A stretch of DNA of 63,816 bases, filler included, from Candidatus Coatesbacteria bacterium (GCA_016927185.1; 5 parts of 5 records of this genome joined end to end with filler, not necessarily neighbours in it); one strand, 5' to 3'. Shown: positions 1 through 11,478, numbered from the whole stretch's first letter. Program-made: numbers and translations. Notes: generated by a model not told the origin, from the letters alone.

Positions 1-1
1 A

Positions 2-235
2 TACTGCAACAAGAAGCTTTTCATTAACAAGACAACATTTATAGAGGGGATTAACGAAGAAATCATGGAAACAAGAATAGGTTTATATAATCCTGTATTG
101 CATTTTCTAAAATCCAGAAAAAATAAATTATTATCAGATAATGAATTAGAAAATTGCACAAGAATAATCAACTCGCTTAGAGGATCAGCTTCAATAATCA
201 TCAAAATAGACGATCTGACGAGTAATCTTTTCTAA
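2..235 (+). CDS. 3' end of a hypothetical protein (partial, runs off window start)
   Basis: Stop-free frame from base 2 (YCNKKLFINKTTFIEG...DDLTSNLF) to TAA at 233-235, convergent with and overlapping the valS stop. Confidence 0.55.
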   Translation, partial: YCNKKLFINKTTFIEGINEEIMETRIGLYNPVLHFLKSRKNKLLSDNELENCTRIINSLRGSASIIIKIDDLTSNLF

Positions 236-3009
236 AGATGTAGCAGTAATTTCCTTATCTTGAGAAGTCTGTCATTAAATTCAATTTTCAGTTTCTTTTC
301 TCTATCTATTACTTCATCTCTGGCATTCTTCAAGAATGCTTCATTTAACAAGGTTTTTTCTGTTTTCTGAAGAAGATTTCCAGTTCTCTCTAGTTCTTTC
401 TGAAGCCTTGTTTTCTCTTTTTCGATATCTATCTTGCCTTCTATCAGTACAATAACCTCCATCTTCCCGTTCACAGATACATCTGCTATGTAAACATTTG
501 GTAGAATTGGCGATTTATCAGCATTGAGCTCTGATATCTGTACGATGTCCTTTATTAGATGCATATTATCCTTTATAAGCTTCCCTTCTTTTTCTTCCTG
601 ATATTTAATAATTACCGAAAGATCCTTCTTGCCCTCAAGTCCTACCTCAGCTTTGAGATTGCGAATCAATATAATTAATTCCTGGATTGTGGACCAATCA
701 TTTTCTGCAGTATCATACCTCGTTTCATTTCCAAAACAAGGAAAAGGAATATAGGTTATGCTACTTAATCCAGGCTTTATTTCTGGTCTGTTCTCTATTG
801 GAAGATTGTGCCATATTTCCTCTGTTATGAAAGGAATAAACGGATGTAGAGCCCTGAGAGTGTTTTCCAGAAGTATGGTAAGGAATTTCTTCAGAAAAAC
901 CTTCTCCTCATCATTTTCAGCATCTGACATCCTGAATTTTACTATTTCAATATACCAGTCACATAAAGAATGCCAGAAAAAATCCTGTGATATTATTCTC
1001 AAAGCATCATCATACCTATATGATTTAAGCCCTCTCCCTATTTCATTAATCGAAGATGAAAGAACACTTAAAATCCATTTATCAGGAAGTTTAAGGAATC
1101 CTTTTTGATCAGCATTATTGATAAACTCTATCAATTTCCTATTGTCATTAACCAGATCTCCTTCTTCATTCCTTGTATAGCCACTTTCTTCAGTAATGAT
1201 TGATACACCCTCGCATTTCATTAGGAGAAATCTGGCAGCATTGTAAAGCTTATTGCAGAAATTCCTTCCTACAGTGAAATTCTCAAGTTTGGCTTCCCTG
1301 CTTCTTGTATCCATAATGACATCTTGCCCCTGACTTACATTCAACAGGATTGCATATCTAAGTGCATCAGCTCCATATGCTTCAATTATCTCAAGGGGGT
1401 CTATCCCGTTTCCAAGTGATTTACTCATTTTCCTGTGCTTCTCGTCTCTTACTGTACCATGAATATGAACTTCCTTGAATGGGATATCTTTAACAAAATG
1501 CAAACCTGCCATAATCATTCTTGCTACCCAGAAAAATATGATTTCACAAGCAGTTATTAAGGAGTCAGTAGGATAATAATATGAAAGTTCATTTCTTGTT
1601 GTCTCATTCTCAGAAGGCCATCCAAAAGTGCTGAATGGCCATAACCAGCTTGAAAACCAGGTATCAAGGACATCCTCGTCTTGTCTGATATTCAAACTTC
1701 CGCATTTCAGGCAACCTTTCGGTTTCTTTTTTGAAACAAATATCTCATTACAATCATCACAATAATAAACTGGAATCCTGTGTCCCCACCAGAGCTGTCG
1801 TGAAATGCACCAATCCCTTATGTTTTCCATCCAGTTTAAATATACTTTAGTCCATCTTTCTGGATAAAAGACAATTTTTCCTTCTCTTACTACCTTTATC
1901 GCCTCAGCAGCAAGTGGTTCCATTTTGACAAACCACTGTCTGGATAACCATGGTTCTACTATGCTGTTGCATCTGTAACAATGACCTATACTGGTTTTAT
2001 AATCCTCAACCTTCTCAATCAATCCAAGTTCTTGAAGGTCATTTAAAACCTTTTTTCTTGCATCGAATCTATCAAGACCTGTATATCTCTGACCTGCATT
2101 TTCATTAAGTATACCTTCAGGATTCAATATGTTTACTGGCTTTAGATTATGCCTCAATCCTATCTCGAAATCATTCGGATCATGTGCGGGAGTAATCTTC
2201 ACTGCTCCAGTACCAAACTCCATCTCTACATAATCATCATATATAACATCAAGTTCTCTTCCTATAAGCGGAAGCATTATTTTCTTTCCCTTCAAATGCT
2301 TGTAACGTTCATCTTTTGGATTGAAAGCAACAGCAACATCTCCAAGCATTGTTTCAGGTCTGGTTGTTGCAACAGTAACAAAACCAGTTCCGTCCTTAAT
2401 TGGATACTTAATATAAGTGAGATCTACAAGAGTTTCTTCATATTCCACTTCAAGATTAGCTATTGCAGAAGTGCATCTCGGACACCAGTTTACTATATAT
2501 TCACCTTGATATATCAAGCCTTCATTATAAAGCCTTATGAACACTTCAGAGACTGCATCAGAAAGACCTTCATCCATAGTGAATCTTTCTCTATCCCAGT
2601 CGCACTGACATCCCAGCTCCTGAAGCTGCTTGATTATTGTTCCACCCTTTTCCTTTTTCCAGTTCCAGACAAGTTCTACAAACTTTTCCCTTCCATAATC
2701 GTGCCTTGATTTACCTTCCTTGTTTATTATCTTTTCTATTACATTCTGCGTAGCTATTCCAGCGTGATCCGTTCCCGGTAACCAGAGGCTTTCATATCCT
2801 TTCATCCTCTTATATCTGATAAGCACATCCTGAAGCGTATTATTCAAGGCATGACCCATATGAAGTATATCAGTCACATTAGGTGGGGGGATAACTATGC
2901 AATAAGGTTTTTTATTAGAAACATTGCTCTTGCCGATATGGTTTTTAAGCCATGTTTCAAGCCATTTTTTTTCAACTTTATGAGAATCATACTGTTTGGG
3001 TAAATCCAT
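232..3009 (-). CDS. valS: Valine--tRNA ligase
   Basis: PPPNVT..HMGH (HIGH), GTDHAGIATQ, WCISRQLWWGH, DTWFSS, KMSKS, C-terminal coiled-coil arm; 925 aa. Confidence 0.97.
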   Translation of the reverse strand: MDLPKQYDSHKVEKKWLETWLKNHIGKSNVSNKKPYCIVIPPPNVTDILHMGHALNNTLQDVLIRYKRMKGYESLWLPGTDHAGIATQNVIEKIINKEGKSRHDYGREKFVELVWNWKKEKGGTIIKQLQELGCQCDWDRERFTMDEGLSDAVSEVFIRLYNEGLIYQGEYIVNWCPRCTSAIANLEVEYEETLVDLTYIKYPIKDGTGFVTVATTRPETMLGDVAVAFNPKDERYKHLKGKKIMLPLIGRELDVIYDDYVEMEFGTGAVKITPAHDPNDFEIGLRHNLKPVNILNPEGILNENAGQRYTGLDRFDARKKVLNDLQELGLIEKVEDYKTSIGHCYRCNSIVEPWLSRQWFVKMEPLAAEAIKVVREGKIVFYPERWTKVYLNWMENIRDWCISRQLWWGHRIPVYYCDDCNEIFVSKKKPKGCLKCGSLNIRQDEDVLDTWFSSWLWPFSTFGWPSENETTRNELSYYYPTDSLITACEIIFFWVARMIMAGLHFVKDIPFKEVHIHGTVRDEKHRKMSKSLGNGIDPLEIIEAYGADALRYAILLNVSQGQDVIMDTRSREAKLENFTVGRNFCNKLYNAARFLLMKCEGVSIITEESGYTRNEEGDLVNDNRKLIEFINNADQKGFLKLPDKWILSVLSSSINEIGRGLKSYRYDDALRIISQDFFWHSLCDWYIEIVKFRMSDAENDEEKVFLKKFLTILLENTLRALHPFIPFITEEIWHNLPIENRPEIKPGLSSITYIPFPCFGNETRYDTAENDWSTIQELIILIRNLKAEVGLEGKKDLSVIIKYQEEKEGKLIKDNMHLIKDIVQISELNADKSPILPNVYIADVSVNGKMEVIVLIEGKIDIEKEKTRLQKELERTGNLLQKTEKTLLNEAFLKNARDEVIDREKKLKIEFNDRLLKIRKLLLHL

Positions 3010-3030
3010 AATCTTCCTTGTTTTAATTGA

Positions 3031-3720
3031 TTAAACCAAATTATCTAAAAGCATTTTTGTTTGCTTTTTATATTCAAGATACTTGTTATTGAAATGCCCA
3101 GCTAGAATCTTTTCTTCTACCTTGATTCTGTATATCAATCCAGGAATAAACAATACAATGAGAAGTATTAAGCCTAGAATGCTTTCAAAAGTAAGGCAGG
3201 TTCCAAGTAACATTATTGATAAACCTGAATACATGGGATGCCTTATCCTATTATACAAACCACTGCTTATTAGATTCTGATCCTTGAAAATCACTATATA
3301 ATCAGAATATGATGGTTTCAATATCATCGCAGCTTTTATATGAATGTATGATCCTGCAGCGAACAAGATAAGTCCAATAACAGATAGCCATGTAAGACAG
3401 TATTTAGGTTTGAGAAAACCAAATACAAAATAATCAAAAATCGCAGTTATAATTACTGTCCATATTGCAGTCTGAAATATCCACTGGGAAGGATACTCCT
3501 TATGAATTATATCCTGGATCTTCTTCTCTTCAAGTCTATAATTATCATCTATATAAAGCCACAAAAAAAGGAACAGAAAATAAACAGATACTATCCATTG
3601 CGGGAAACCATATCCTGATTGTATCTGTTTTGTAGCATAATCAGCAAAAAGACTTGATGAATTCCTGAAAACAACATATTCACAAACAATGAATTCAAAA
3701 ATAATCCAAAACTTACGCAT
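3031..3720 (-). CDS. Isoprenylcysteine carboxyl methyltransferase (ICMT/PEMT) family membrane protein
   Basis: Multiple TM segments; LISSGLYNRIRHPMYSG and RIKVEEKIL..F..Y.EY motifs; start moved to ATG after GGAG. Confidence 0.85.
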   Translation of the reverse strand: MRKFWIIFEFIVCEYVVFRNSSSLFADYATKQIQSGYGFPQWIVSVYFLFLFLWLYIDDNYRLEEKKIQDIIHKEYPSQWIFQTAIWTVIITAIFDYFVFGFLKPKYCLTWLSVIGLILFAAGSYIHIKAAMILKPSYSDYIVIFKDQNLISSGLYNRIRHPMYSGLSIMLLGTCLTFESILGLILLIVLFIPGLIYRIKVEEKILAGHFNNKYLEYKKQTKMLLDNLV

Positions 3721-3724
3721 AACA

Positions 3725-4612
3725 TCAATCTCCAAACAAGGGAAGTTTTGTCAAGCCCGGTGGTTCAAAAAACATCCTTTCAAGCACTTTCCTTCTGCTT
3801 ATCTCTCTTTGCTTTCTGAAAAAAAGGCTTGAAAAAAACTTCATCCAGGCTTTCTTAGAGCCTCCCAGTAAATAAGGTATATCATAATACAATTTTTTCT
3901 CTCTTTCTTTTGCCAAATCTCCTGAAACAGAACCATTCTCAAAATTTTTCTTTATTATCACAAGAATGTCATTAGCTAATGCAATTATATCGCCTGCAAT
4001 ACCCATATTCGCTCTATATTCAGTCAAAGATTCATTTACAAGCATTATCTGATTATCCTTACTTACTCTAAGCCAATAGTCGAAATCTTGTGCTATTTTC
4101 AGAGTTTCATCCATGTAGCCTGTTGTCTTTAAAATATCCCTTCTCATAATAACAGTAGATGTGGAAATAAAATTGGAACTGAGAAACAACTCCTTGAAAA
4201 TCATGCCATTCTTATATGCTTCTTTCTCAATTACTCGCTTATTATCCCTGTTCATCATGAATGTGTGACTAAGGCCAATTTCATTATTCTGCTCCATGAA
4301 AGAGACCTGTTTCTCCAGCTTATCTATAGTCCACAAATCATCTGAATCAAGAAAAGCAATATATTTTCCTTCTGAATTCTTCATGCCCCAATTCCTCTGA
4401 TAGGAAGGACCTCCCCTGTTGATTTCCCAGTTATATCTAAGTCTGCTTTCTTCAAGTGATTTTATCATCTCAGATGTACCATCTGTTGAACCATCATCAC
4501 CAAGAAGAATTTCCCAGTCATTAATTGTCTGATTCTGAACGCTTCTTATTGCCTCTAATACGAGATCCTTCCTGTTATAAGTGGCAATAACTACTGATAT
4601 CAAAGGCTTCAT
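3725..4612 (-). CDS. Glycosyltransferase family 2
   Basis: ISVVIATYNR, DDGSTDGT, AFLDSDD, QDFDYWLR. Confidence 0.92.
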   Translation of the reverse strand: MKPLISVVIATYNRKDLVLEAIRSVQNQTINDWEILLGDDGSTDGTSEMIKSLEESRLRYNWEINRGGPSYQRNWGMKNSEGKYIAFLDSDDLWTIDKLEKQVSFMEQNNEIGLSHTFMMNRDNKRVIEKEAYKNGMIFKELFLSSNFISTSTVIMRRDILKTTGYMDETLKIAQDFDYWLRVSKDNQIMLVNESLTEYRANMGIAGDIIALANDILVIIKKNFENGSVSGDLAKEREKKLYYDIPYLLGGSKKAWMKFFSSLFFRKQREISRRKVLERMFFEPPGLTKLPLFGD

Positions 4613-5664
4613 TTCAAATACTTCACAAGCAAAGGTTCAAGCATTGACCAGACTTCATCAAATGAAAAATCCCTTATTTTTTTCCCATATACATATGAAT
4701 GTAGTTTGCTTGAAGGCAAACCCCATCTCTTCAGGTCTCCATCGCCCCACAACGTCAATGAAGGTGTATTGACTGCAACAGTAATATGCATTGGTGCAGT
4801 ATCTTCAGTAATGAAAAAACTGCATTTTTGGATAATTGCAGCAAGAAGCTGAACATCAGTTTCAGGGGCAACAATTATTCCTGGAATAGATTTTTTTATT
4901 ACTGATACAACTGATCTATCATGACTGCCATGAGTAACCAAGACTTTTGAATTATCCAGTTTTTCAATATTCTTTATCAATCTCACAATCTTATCAATCT
5001 GCCAGATATGATGAGGTCTTCTGGCTCCGGGATGTATTCCAACAACCTTATTCCTGCCTATGCCCAGTTTTCCAAAAATCATATCTGCTTCCCTGATTTT
5101 CTCTTTTCCAGGATTTATTCTAAGAGGTTTTGAAGAAATATTGGGCTTCCATGATGCAAGTATTCGCAAGTTGTGATCTGCTTCATATACATCGTATTGT
5201 CTTTCTACCATTTCATGAAAAAACCCTTTGCCCTGTTCGGTCTTAAAAGCAATCTTGTAAGAATTCTTAAAAAGAGAGGCGAGAAATGCATCTGGAAGAA
5301 GGAAATCATAACTTGGGCAGATTACCAGATTAAAATCTTCCTTATTAAGGTTTTCCTTGAAATATTTACTCAATGTTCTCAGATTCCTGTCCTTTACAAC
5401 ATGGATTCTATCAATAAATTCATTGCTGTCTATTATGGATGCGCAGTAAGCCCAGCTCAACACGTGAAGCCTGCTTTCAGGAAAAACCTCTTTTATTCCC
5501 TCTATCAATGGTGTTGTGAGAATAAGATCCCCCAGGTGATCCAGTCTTATAAGCAAAATACTTTCTATTTTCTCTGGTTTGCTTATTTCAATCAAGGGAT
5601 TAAATTTCAGATAGCAACTAGCGAATATTCTCTCTACAAACTTCCTGATATCCAGGAGATGCAT
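4609..5664 (-). CDS. Glycosyltransferase family 9 (LPS heptosyltransferase-like)
   Basis: LLIRLDHLGDLILTTP, GIHPGA, DTAPMHI motifs. Confidence 0.9.
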   Translation of the reverse strand: MHLLDIRKFVERIFASCYLKFNPLIEISKPEKIESILLIRLDHLGDLILTTPLIEGIKEVFPESRLHVLSWAYCASIIDSNEFIDRIHVVKDRNLRTLSKYFKENLNKEDFNLVICPSYDFLLPDAFLASLFKNSYKIAFKTEQGKGFFHEMVERQYDVYEADHNLRILASWKPNISSKPLRINPGKEKIREADMIFGKLGIGRNKVVGIHPGARRPHHIWQIDKIVRLIKNIEKLDNSKVLVTHGSHDRSVVSVIKKSIPGIIVAPETDVQLLAAIIQKCSFFITEDTAPMHITVAVNTPSLTLWGDGDLKRWGLPSSKLHSYVYGKKIRDFSFDEVWSMLEPLLVKYLK

Positions 5665-7278
5665 TTAATCTCCTTTCAGATTTGCTATTTCCTGACTTCT
5701 TTCGTTGTCTGATAATATCCTGAATTTGCTTTGAGTCCGCTTACCATCTGAGGTTTTCTCCACCTTTAAAATATTATCTGCTCTCTGGGCTATTTGTGGA
5801 AGATGAGTGACACATATTATTTGATATCTTTCTGACATTTTCTTAAGTTTATCAGCAATGAGATGTGCGGTTTGTCCTCCCACTCCAATATCTATCTCGT
5901 CCATGAAGAATATTTTCTCTTCAAGAAGTCCAGTAAATACTGTATATAAAACAAGTACTATTCTTGCCATTTCTCCTCCTGAGACTACTTCAGAAAGAGG
6001 TTTCAAGCCTTCCCCCTTATTGGGGGCTATCCAGAATTCAATCTCATCGCAACCATTCAATCCATATATCCTGTCTCTCTCCATGAAAGTTGAGGAAGAT
6101 TCTTCAATCTGATTGAAACCTGTTTCCCATATTACATCAGGCATACCTAATTGCCTAAGTTCGTCTTCAATAATTGATTTCAATCTGACAGCATTTGCTT
6201 TCCTCCTTTCAGATATCTTGTCTGCTATTAATGACAGGCTTTTCTTGCTGCAACTTATTTCTGTCTTTAACTTTTCAATTCTCTTATCCAGAAAATTTTC
6301 ACCTTCTGAAAACATTCTTAAATCACATAGATATTCATCTAATTCCTTCAGATTTTTTCTGTACTTTCTTTCCAGATTCTCGAGAAACACTAATCTAATC
6401 TGCATTTCATCCTGTTCCTCTGGTGAAAAAATCAAATTCGCCCTGTAATCCTTCAGAATTGATGATAGTTCCTTGATTTCTATCAGTGCATTTTCCAGAG
6501 AGTCGTTGAATGAACTGAAATTCTCTTCATCGTACTCGGACAGTTCTCTTATATTGTAGATCAAGTTATGCAGATTATCGAGGATGCCATTTTGTTCATC
6601 TACCAGTCTGCCGTAAGCTTCAGAAGAGAGATTAAAAAGCTTGTCCTGAGAAGCCAATCTCTTCAACTTCTGCTTCAGCTCTTCCTTCTCATTTTCATGG
6701 AAATTTGCCTCGGAAAGTTCTTTTAATTCCAGACTTCTCTCCTCTTCGCGTCTTGAAAAATCAGCTATCTCATTTTCAAGTTTCTTAAGTTCATCTATCT
6801 TTTTCTGCATATTTCTGAATTCATCTTGATAAGAAACAAGTTTATCGCTCCCTTCAATATTATCGATGACATCCATAGCATAATTCTGATTGAAAAGAGA
6901 TGTAAAAGCATGTTGCTTAAGAAAAATCCACCTGTTTTTCTGAAAGTCTCTGAAATCCTTACCAGCAACTCGCCTGCTATTTATTTCTACCTTATTTCTT
7001 CCTGCTTTCTGAAAAATCCTCTCCAGAAGAATATCATTTTTCCCATTCTTCATCCATACCTTGATGTTACTTTCCTCAGTTCCTTCTCTGTAATCTGACG
7101 GGGCAAAATTTCCTGTATTCATATAGTACAAAGCTTTTATCAATAAGGATTTTCCAGCTCCTGTTTCCCCAATTATCACATTCAAACCAGAGGTTAAGCC
7201 GATTAATGCTTTCTTGATAATGGCAAGGTTTTCTATTTCTATTTGCCTGATCCAGTAGTCTTTTTCTCTCCTACCCAT
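5665..7278 (-). CDS. recN: DNA repair protein RecN
   Basis: GETGAGKS Walker A, coiled coil, SGGE signature, MDEID, CVTHLPQIA; downstream of nadK as is common. Confidence 0.93.
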   Translation of the reverse strand: MGRREKDYWIRQIEIENLAIIKKALIGLTSGLNVIIGETGAGKSLLIKALYYMNTGNFAPSDYREGTEESNIKVWMKNGKNDILLERIFQKAGRNKVEINSRRVAGKDFRDFQKNRWIFLKQHAFTSLFNQNYAMDVIDNIEGSDKLVSYQDEFRNMQKKIDELKKLENEIADFSRREEERSLELKELSEANFHENEKEELKQKLKRLASQDKLFNLSSEAYGRLVDEQNGILDNLHNLIYNIRELSEYDEENFSSFNDSLENALIEIKELSSILKDYRANLIFSPEEQDEMQIRLVFLENLERKYRKNLKELDEYLCDLRMFSEGENFLDKRIEKLKTEISCSKKSLSLIADKISERRKANAVRLKSIIEDELRQLGMPDVIWETGFNQIEESSSTFMERDRIYGLNGCDEIEFWIAPNKGEGLKPLSEVVSGGEMARIVLVLYTVFTGLLEEKIFFMDEIDIGVGGQTAHLIADKLKKMSERYQIICVTHLPQIAQRADNILKVEKTSDGKRTQSKFRILSDNERSQEIANLKGD

Positions 7279-8144
7279 TCCAATTTCTGCTTTAAAAGTG
7301 AAAAAAACGGTTCATCACTCAAGTGAACAAGTTTTATCTTGTATTCAGGATGTGAAGATATCTCAACTGTTTCTTCAGGTTTCAGGAAAATACTCTCAAG
7401 ACCATCTGAATTCAATACAATACTAGTCCTCGAACAGAAGCTAACAATCCTTATTGTATCTTCTGCATTGACAACTAGTGGTCTTATCCCTAAAGTATGT
7501 GGACATATTGGAGTAATTACATTAACTTCGGTTTCTGGTGTTATAACAGGACCTCCTGCACTCAACGAGTATCCAGTGCTTCCTGTCGGTGTTGCAACAA
7601 TTACCCCATCCCCGTAAAAATCAGCTACCTTTATGTCATTTATTGACAGACAAATCTGAATCACTGCTAATCCCTTGAATCTCGTTATTATTGCATCGTT
7701 AAGTGCATATAATTCCCTGTTTTCAGTTAAAATACGAAGCATTCTTCTTTCCGAAATTGTATAATTCTTCCTCAAGATCCTGTTGAGTAATGATACAAGC
7801 GGAGGTTCATATTCTACTGTCAAAAATCCAATCCTTCCCTGATTAATGCCAAGAACAGGAACATTATATGGTGCTACTATATGAGCAGCTTTCAATAGCG
7901 TTCCATCTCCCCCTATAGACAATATGAACTCTATGTTTTCTGGAAAACCTTCCTTTCTAAGATCAACATACTTGCCAATTATATAAGTCTTAAATCTTTC
8001 TTCATCAAATTCCTCAGGTTTTTCTGCAAGGAAATATATTTCAACTGCATAATCATTAGCCCATTTCTCTATGCCTTCGAGTAACTGCCTGGTTTTGCTT
8101 CCGTATAAATTTGCAATAATCCCGATATTCATTATTCTGTCCAT
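7239..8144 (-). CDS. nadK: NAD(+) kinase
   Basis: GGDGT, LND, GDGVIVATPTGSTGYSLSAGGP. Confidence 0.95.
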   Translation of the reverse strand: MDRIMNIGIIANLYGSKTRQLLEGIEKWANDYAVEIYFLAEKPEEFDEERFKTYIIGKYVDLRKEGFPENIEFILSIGGDGTLLKAAHIVAPYNVPVLGINQGRIGFLTVEYEPPLVSLLNRILRKNYTISERRMLRILTENRELYALNDAIITRFKGLAVIQICLSINDIKVADFYGDGVIVATPTGSTGYSLSAGGPVITPETEVNVITPICPHTLGIRPLVVNAEDTIRIVSFCSRTSIVLNSDGLESIFLKPEETVEISSHPEYKIKLVHLSDEPFFSLLKQKLEWVGEKKTTGSGK

Positions 8145-9772
8145 TTTTCAAAAACAATTGTCACTAATGTTCCCTTTTCTTCCTCACTTTGAATGCTTAT
8201 CTGACCATTATTCATGGAAACAAGCTGTTTTACTATGGTCAACCCGAGACCCACCCCTCCCTTTTTCTTGCTGAAAAATGGATCAAAAACCTGATTGATA
8301 TTGCTCTTCTTAATACCTTTCCCATTATCTTGAAAAAATAACTTAACTTGTGGATGATGATCTATGGAAGATATCCTTATATATCCATTATCATTCAGTG
8401 ATTCAAGTGCATTTCTCAATACATTTATACAAATCTGGTGAAAATGATTATTATCTATCCTTATTATTGTATTCTCAGGGATATCAATGTCGATTCTTTT
8501 GTCTTTTAATATGGACTTATCCTGTTTGAACAAATTCACTATTTCATTTATCTCTGCATTGATATCAAGCGGAACAAACTCAGGTTGAGGAATTTTCGTA
8601 AGATCCAGAAAATCTTCTATAATCAAGTTGAGTCTGTCTGTCTCTTTCATGATAAGGCTTTCCAGCTGTTGCCTGTCTGCATTGTCTATCTTTGATTTAG
8701 ATAACATCTGCACGCTTCCACTTATTGCTGCAAGAGGATTTCTTATTTCATGGGCAATTCCTGCAGCGATAGTTCCCATAAAAGCCAGTTTCTCCTTATC
8801 ATTAACCTGCTGTTCCAGTTTCTTGACATTTGTCAGATTCTGGAATACTATTATCATTAACTCCTCCCCAGATGGGGCTACTTGAAGAGTGGTGTTCAAT
8901 CCAAGTATTTCATTGTTTTCCAAAGATATTTCCAGTCTATCAGTTCTGATTGCATGATTCTTGAGAATTTTCCTAAGTTCGATTATAAAATTATTGATGT
9001 TCTCTAATTCAATTTCATTGATATTCTTTCCAGTTATTTTATCTTCGCTAAATCCAAGATGCTTCAAACCTGATTGGTTTATGAAAGCTATATTACCATT
9101 AAGCTCAAGGGTAATCACTCCACTATGCATGCTGTTAAGAACATTCCTCATTCTTTCACTGCTCAGCTTTCTCTGTTCCTGATAGTCTTTCAGCTTCTCT
9201 GATAAATAGCCAGCACTGAAAGCTGTAAGATAGAAAAACAATGAAAACAAGTAGCCTCTGTAAAAAACATCTGCTATTGGTATCAAACCTGTCCCCTCTG
9301 CTGAAAACAAAGGAGTTACATAATGATAATACTCACTCAGCATTATTCCCCAGAAAGCCATTGTTGCCCATGTAGCAGCGAGAAGAGCTCCTCTTAAATA
9401 AAGCATTATGGAATTTGTTACAATCAAGGGGAAATACAATAATATAAGATTACTGTTGAATCCTCCTGTAAGATAAATAATACCTGTGCAGAAAAGAGTA
9501 TCATACAGTCCCTGGGAATAGAGGAAAAGAGCTCTTGACTTGCCAGAACTCCACCAGTAAAGAAATACCCCACTAGTTAACAGAATAAGCAACATGAACA
9601 TGCCATAGTACTTGACAAGCACTTTTACACCTGACTGGTCAAGCACGAATATAGAAGTTCCAAGAATTCCAACAAGAATCAATGCCCTGAAAATAAGTAT
9701 CCATCTTATTGAAAGATTTTCTTCACTTCCAAGATCAGATAGTGATAATGGTATTCTATTTTTCTGAAACAT
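8132..9772 (-). CDS. PilS-like membrane sensor histidine kinase (multi-TM, PAS, HisKA, HATPase)
   Basis: About six N-terminal TM helices, AHEIRNPL H-box, DNGKG, PFFS..GGVGLGL. Confidence 0.88.
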   Translation of the reverse strand: MFQKNRIPLSLSDLGSEENLSIRWILIFRALILVGILGTSIFVLDQSGVKVLVKYYGMFMLLILLTSGVFLYWWSSGKSRALFLYSQGLYDTLFCTGIIYLTGGFNSNLILLYFPLIVTNSIMLYLRGALLAATWATMAFWGIMLSEYYHYVTPLFSAEGTGLIPIADVFYRGYLFSLFFYLTAFSAGYLSEKLKDYQEQRKLSSERMRNVLNSMHSGVITLELNGNIAFINQSGLKHLGFSEDKITGKNINEIELENINNFIIELRKILKNHAIRTDRLEISLENNEILGLNTTLQVAPSGEELMIIVFQNLTNVKKLEQQVNDKEKLAFMGTIAAGIAHEIRNPLAAISGSVQMLSKSKIDNADRQQLESLIMKETDRLNLIIEDFLDLTKIPQPEFVPLDINAEINEIVNLFKQDKSILKDKRIDIDIPENTIIRIDNNHFHQICINVLRNALESLNDNGYIRISSIDHHPQVKLFFQDNGKGIKKSNINQVFDPFFSKKKGGVGLGLTIVKQLVSMNNGQISIQSEEEKGTLVTIVFEKWTE

Positions 9773-10445
9773 ACCAGGACATTACTTTCTGCAAATCTTC
9801 CCAGGCAGACTTTTTTAATCTTGGAACATTCAACAGATTTAACAATGAATATGTTGCTTGCACCGGCTTATTTTCATACTCATGCATCACGTTTCTCAAA
9901 GAACCCATAGTTGCATCTATTTTTAATAAGGCTTTGGCTGGAATATCTCCAAGCAATAAGAGAAATCCTGGTGATATTGCTTTTATTTCTTCCTCAAGAA
10001 TTGGTGTACAGAAATCTATATCTTCTTTGGTTGGTTTTTCTTCTGAATAGCATTTAATTGTATAAGTCAAATAAATATCAGTTAAAGGTATTTTCATGGC
10101 ATCAATCATTTTATAAAGAAGATCTCCTTGTTTACCCGAGAATATCTTATTATTCTCATGATCCTCTTTCTCAGGAGTTTCAGCTATTATCATTAAAGCT
10201 GAATTCACTTTCCCTATTCCTTTCAGGATTCTCCCAGTGCCATGTCTTCTGCATATGGAACAATCCCTTGCTTTTTCGATTATTTTCGGGATACTTAGCT
10301 CCGGAAGCCCTTTGGGGAGATAGACCTTATTCTCCCCAAACTCTCTTCTTAACTCAAGATATTTTATTATTGCATTACGAAGTGGCAACTTTTCCCTGCC
10401 TGTACTGAGTAATAAATTCCTCAGTAAACTCCATTGCCTTATCAT
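9756..10445 (-). CDS. Uracil-DNA glycosylase family 4-like Fe-S protein with degenerate catalytic motifs
   Basis: CSIC..KC..C cysteine pattern and [10 protein letters not shown] typical of family 4 UDG; true start probably TTG near 10389. Confidence 0.78.
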   Translation of the reverse strand: MIRQWSLLRNLLLSTGREKLPLRNAIIKYLELRREFGENKVYLPKGLPELSIPKIIEKARDCSICRRHGTGRILKGIGKVNSALMIIAETPEKEDHENNKIFSGKQGDLLYKMIDAMKIPLTDIYLTYTIKCYSEEKPTKEDIDFCTPILEEEIKAISPGFLLLLGDIPAKALLKIDATMGSLRNVMHEYENKPVQATYSLLNLLNVPRLKKSAWEDLQKVMSWYVSEK

Positions 10446-11478
10446 CCCTGAATTGCTCCGGAGGTGATTTCATGAAATATGAGGAGGGAGCTACCAAAGC
10501 ACCTTTCAACTTGTTATCAAGAGCTAATTTTGCACATCTTACTGCATCAATAATAACTCCAGCACTATTTGGTGAATCCCAGACTTCTAGCTTAAGTTCT
10601 ATATTTAATGGTACATCTCCAAAGCTTTTTCCCTCAAGACGAATATAAGCCCATTTTCTATCTTCCAGCCAGGGAACAAAATCAGAAGGGCCAATATAAA
10701 CATTTTTTTCTGGAATCTCATAATTAATGAGGCTAGTGACTGCACCAGTTTTAGATATCTTTTTGCTTTGAAGCCTGCTTCTTTCCAGCATATTCAAAAA
10801 GTCAGTATTGCCACCAACATTAAGCTGGCATGTTTTTTCAAGTCTTACTCCACGCATGTTAAAAAGCGTTGTCAAGAATCTATGCAATATAGTTGCTCCA
10901 ACCTGGCTTTTAATATCGTCTCCGATTACTGGAAGTCCAGCTCTCTTGAAACGTTCTTGCCAGTATGATTCTTTTGCTATGAAAACAGGAATAGCATTCA
11001 CGAAAGCACATCCCGCATTGAGAACTTGCTCAACATACCATTTCGTGGCAGTTTCTGAACCAACAGGAAGATAATTAATTACTACATCAGTTTTTGTATC
11101 CTGTAGTAGTTCAACAATATTATCAGTAGGACCAGGTGCTTTCCTTATTACATCTTTTAAATATTGTCCTATTCCGTCATGTGTCATTCCCCGCGCAACA
11201 TTAACTTTTAGTTTGGGAACATCACAAAACTTATATGTACAATTAGGATCAGCGTAAATTGCTTCAGATAAATCCTTTCCCACCTTCGTCTGGTTTATAT
11301 CTATAGCTGCAGAGAATTCTATATCGCTTATATGATATCCTCCCAGATTGACATGCATTAGCCCTGGAATTAAATCTTCATCTAATGCATTCTTATAGTA
11401 TTCGACTCCCTGTACTAAACTTGAAGCGCAGTTACCTACTCCAATAATAGCAACACGTACTTTTTTGCGCTTACTCAT
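10375..11478 (-). CDS. ino1: myo-inositol-1-phosphate synthase
   Basis: [47 protein letters not shown]. Confidence 0.95.
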   Translation of the reverse strand: MSKRKKVRVAIIGVGNCASSLVQGVEYYKNALDEDLIPGLMHVNLGGYHISDIEFSAAIDINQTKVGKDLSEAIYADPNCTYKFCDVPKLKVNVARGMTHDGIGQYLKDVIRKAPGPTDNIVELLQDTKTDVVINYLPVGSETATKWYVEQVLNAGCAFVNAIPVFIAKESYWQERFKRAGLPVIGDDIKSQVGATILHRFLTTLFNMRGVRLEKTCQLNVGGNTDFLNMLERSRLQSKKISKTGAVTSLINYEIPEKNVYIGPSDFVPWLEDRKWAYIRLEGKSFGDVPLNIELKLEVWDSPNSAGVIIDAVRCAKLALDNKLKGALVAPSSYFMKSPPEQFRDDKAMEFTEEFITQYRQGKVATS

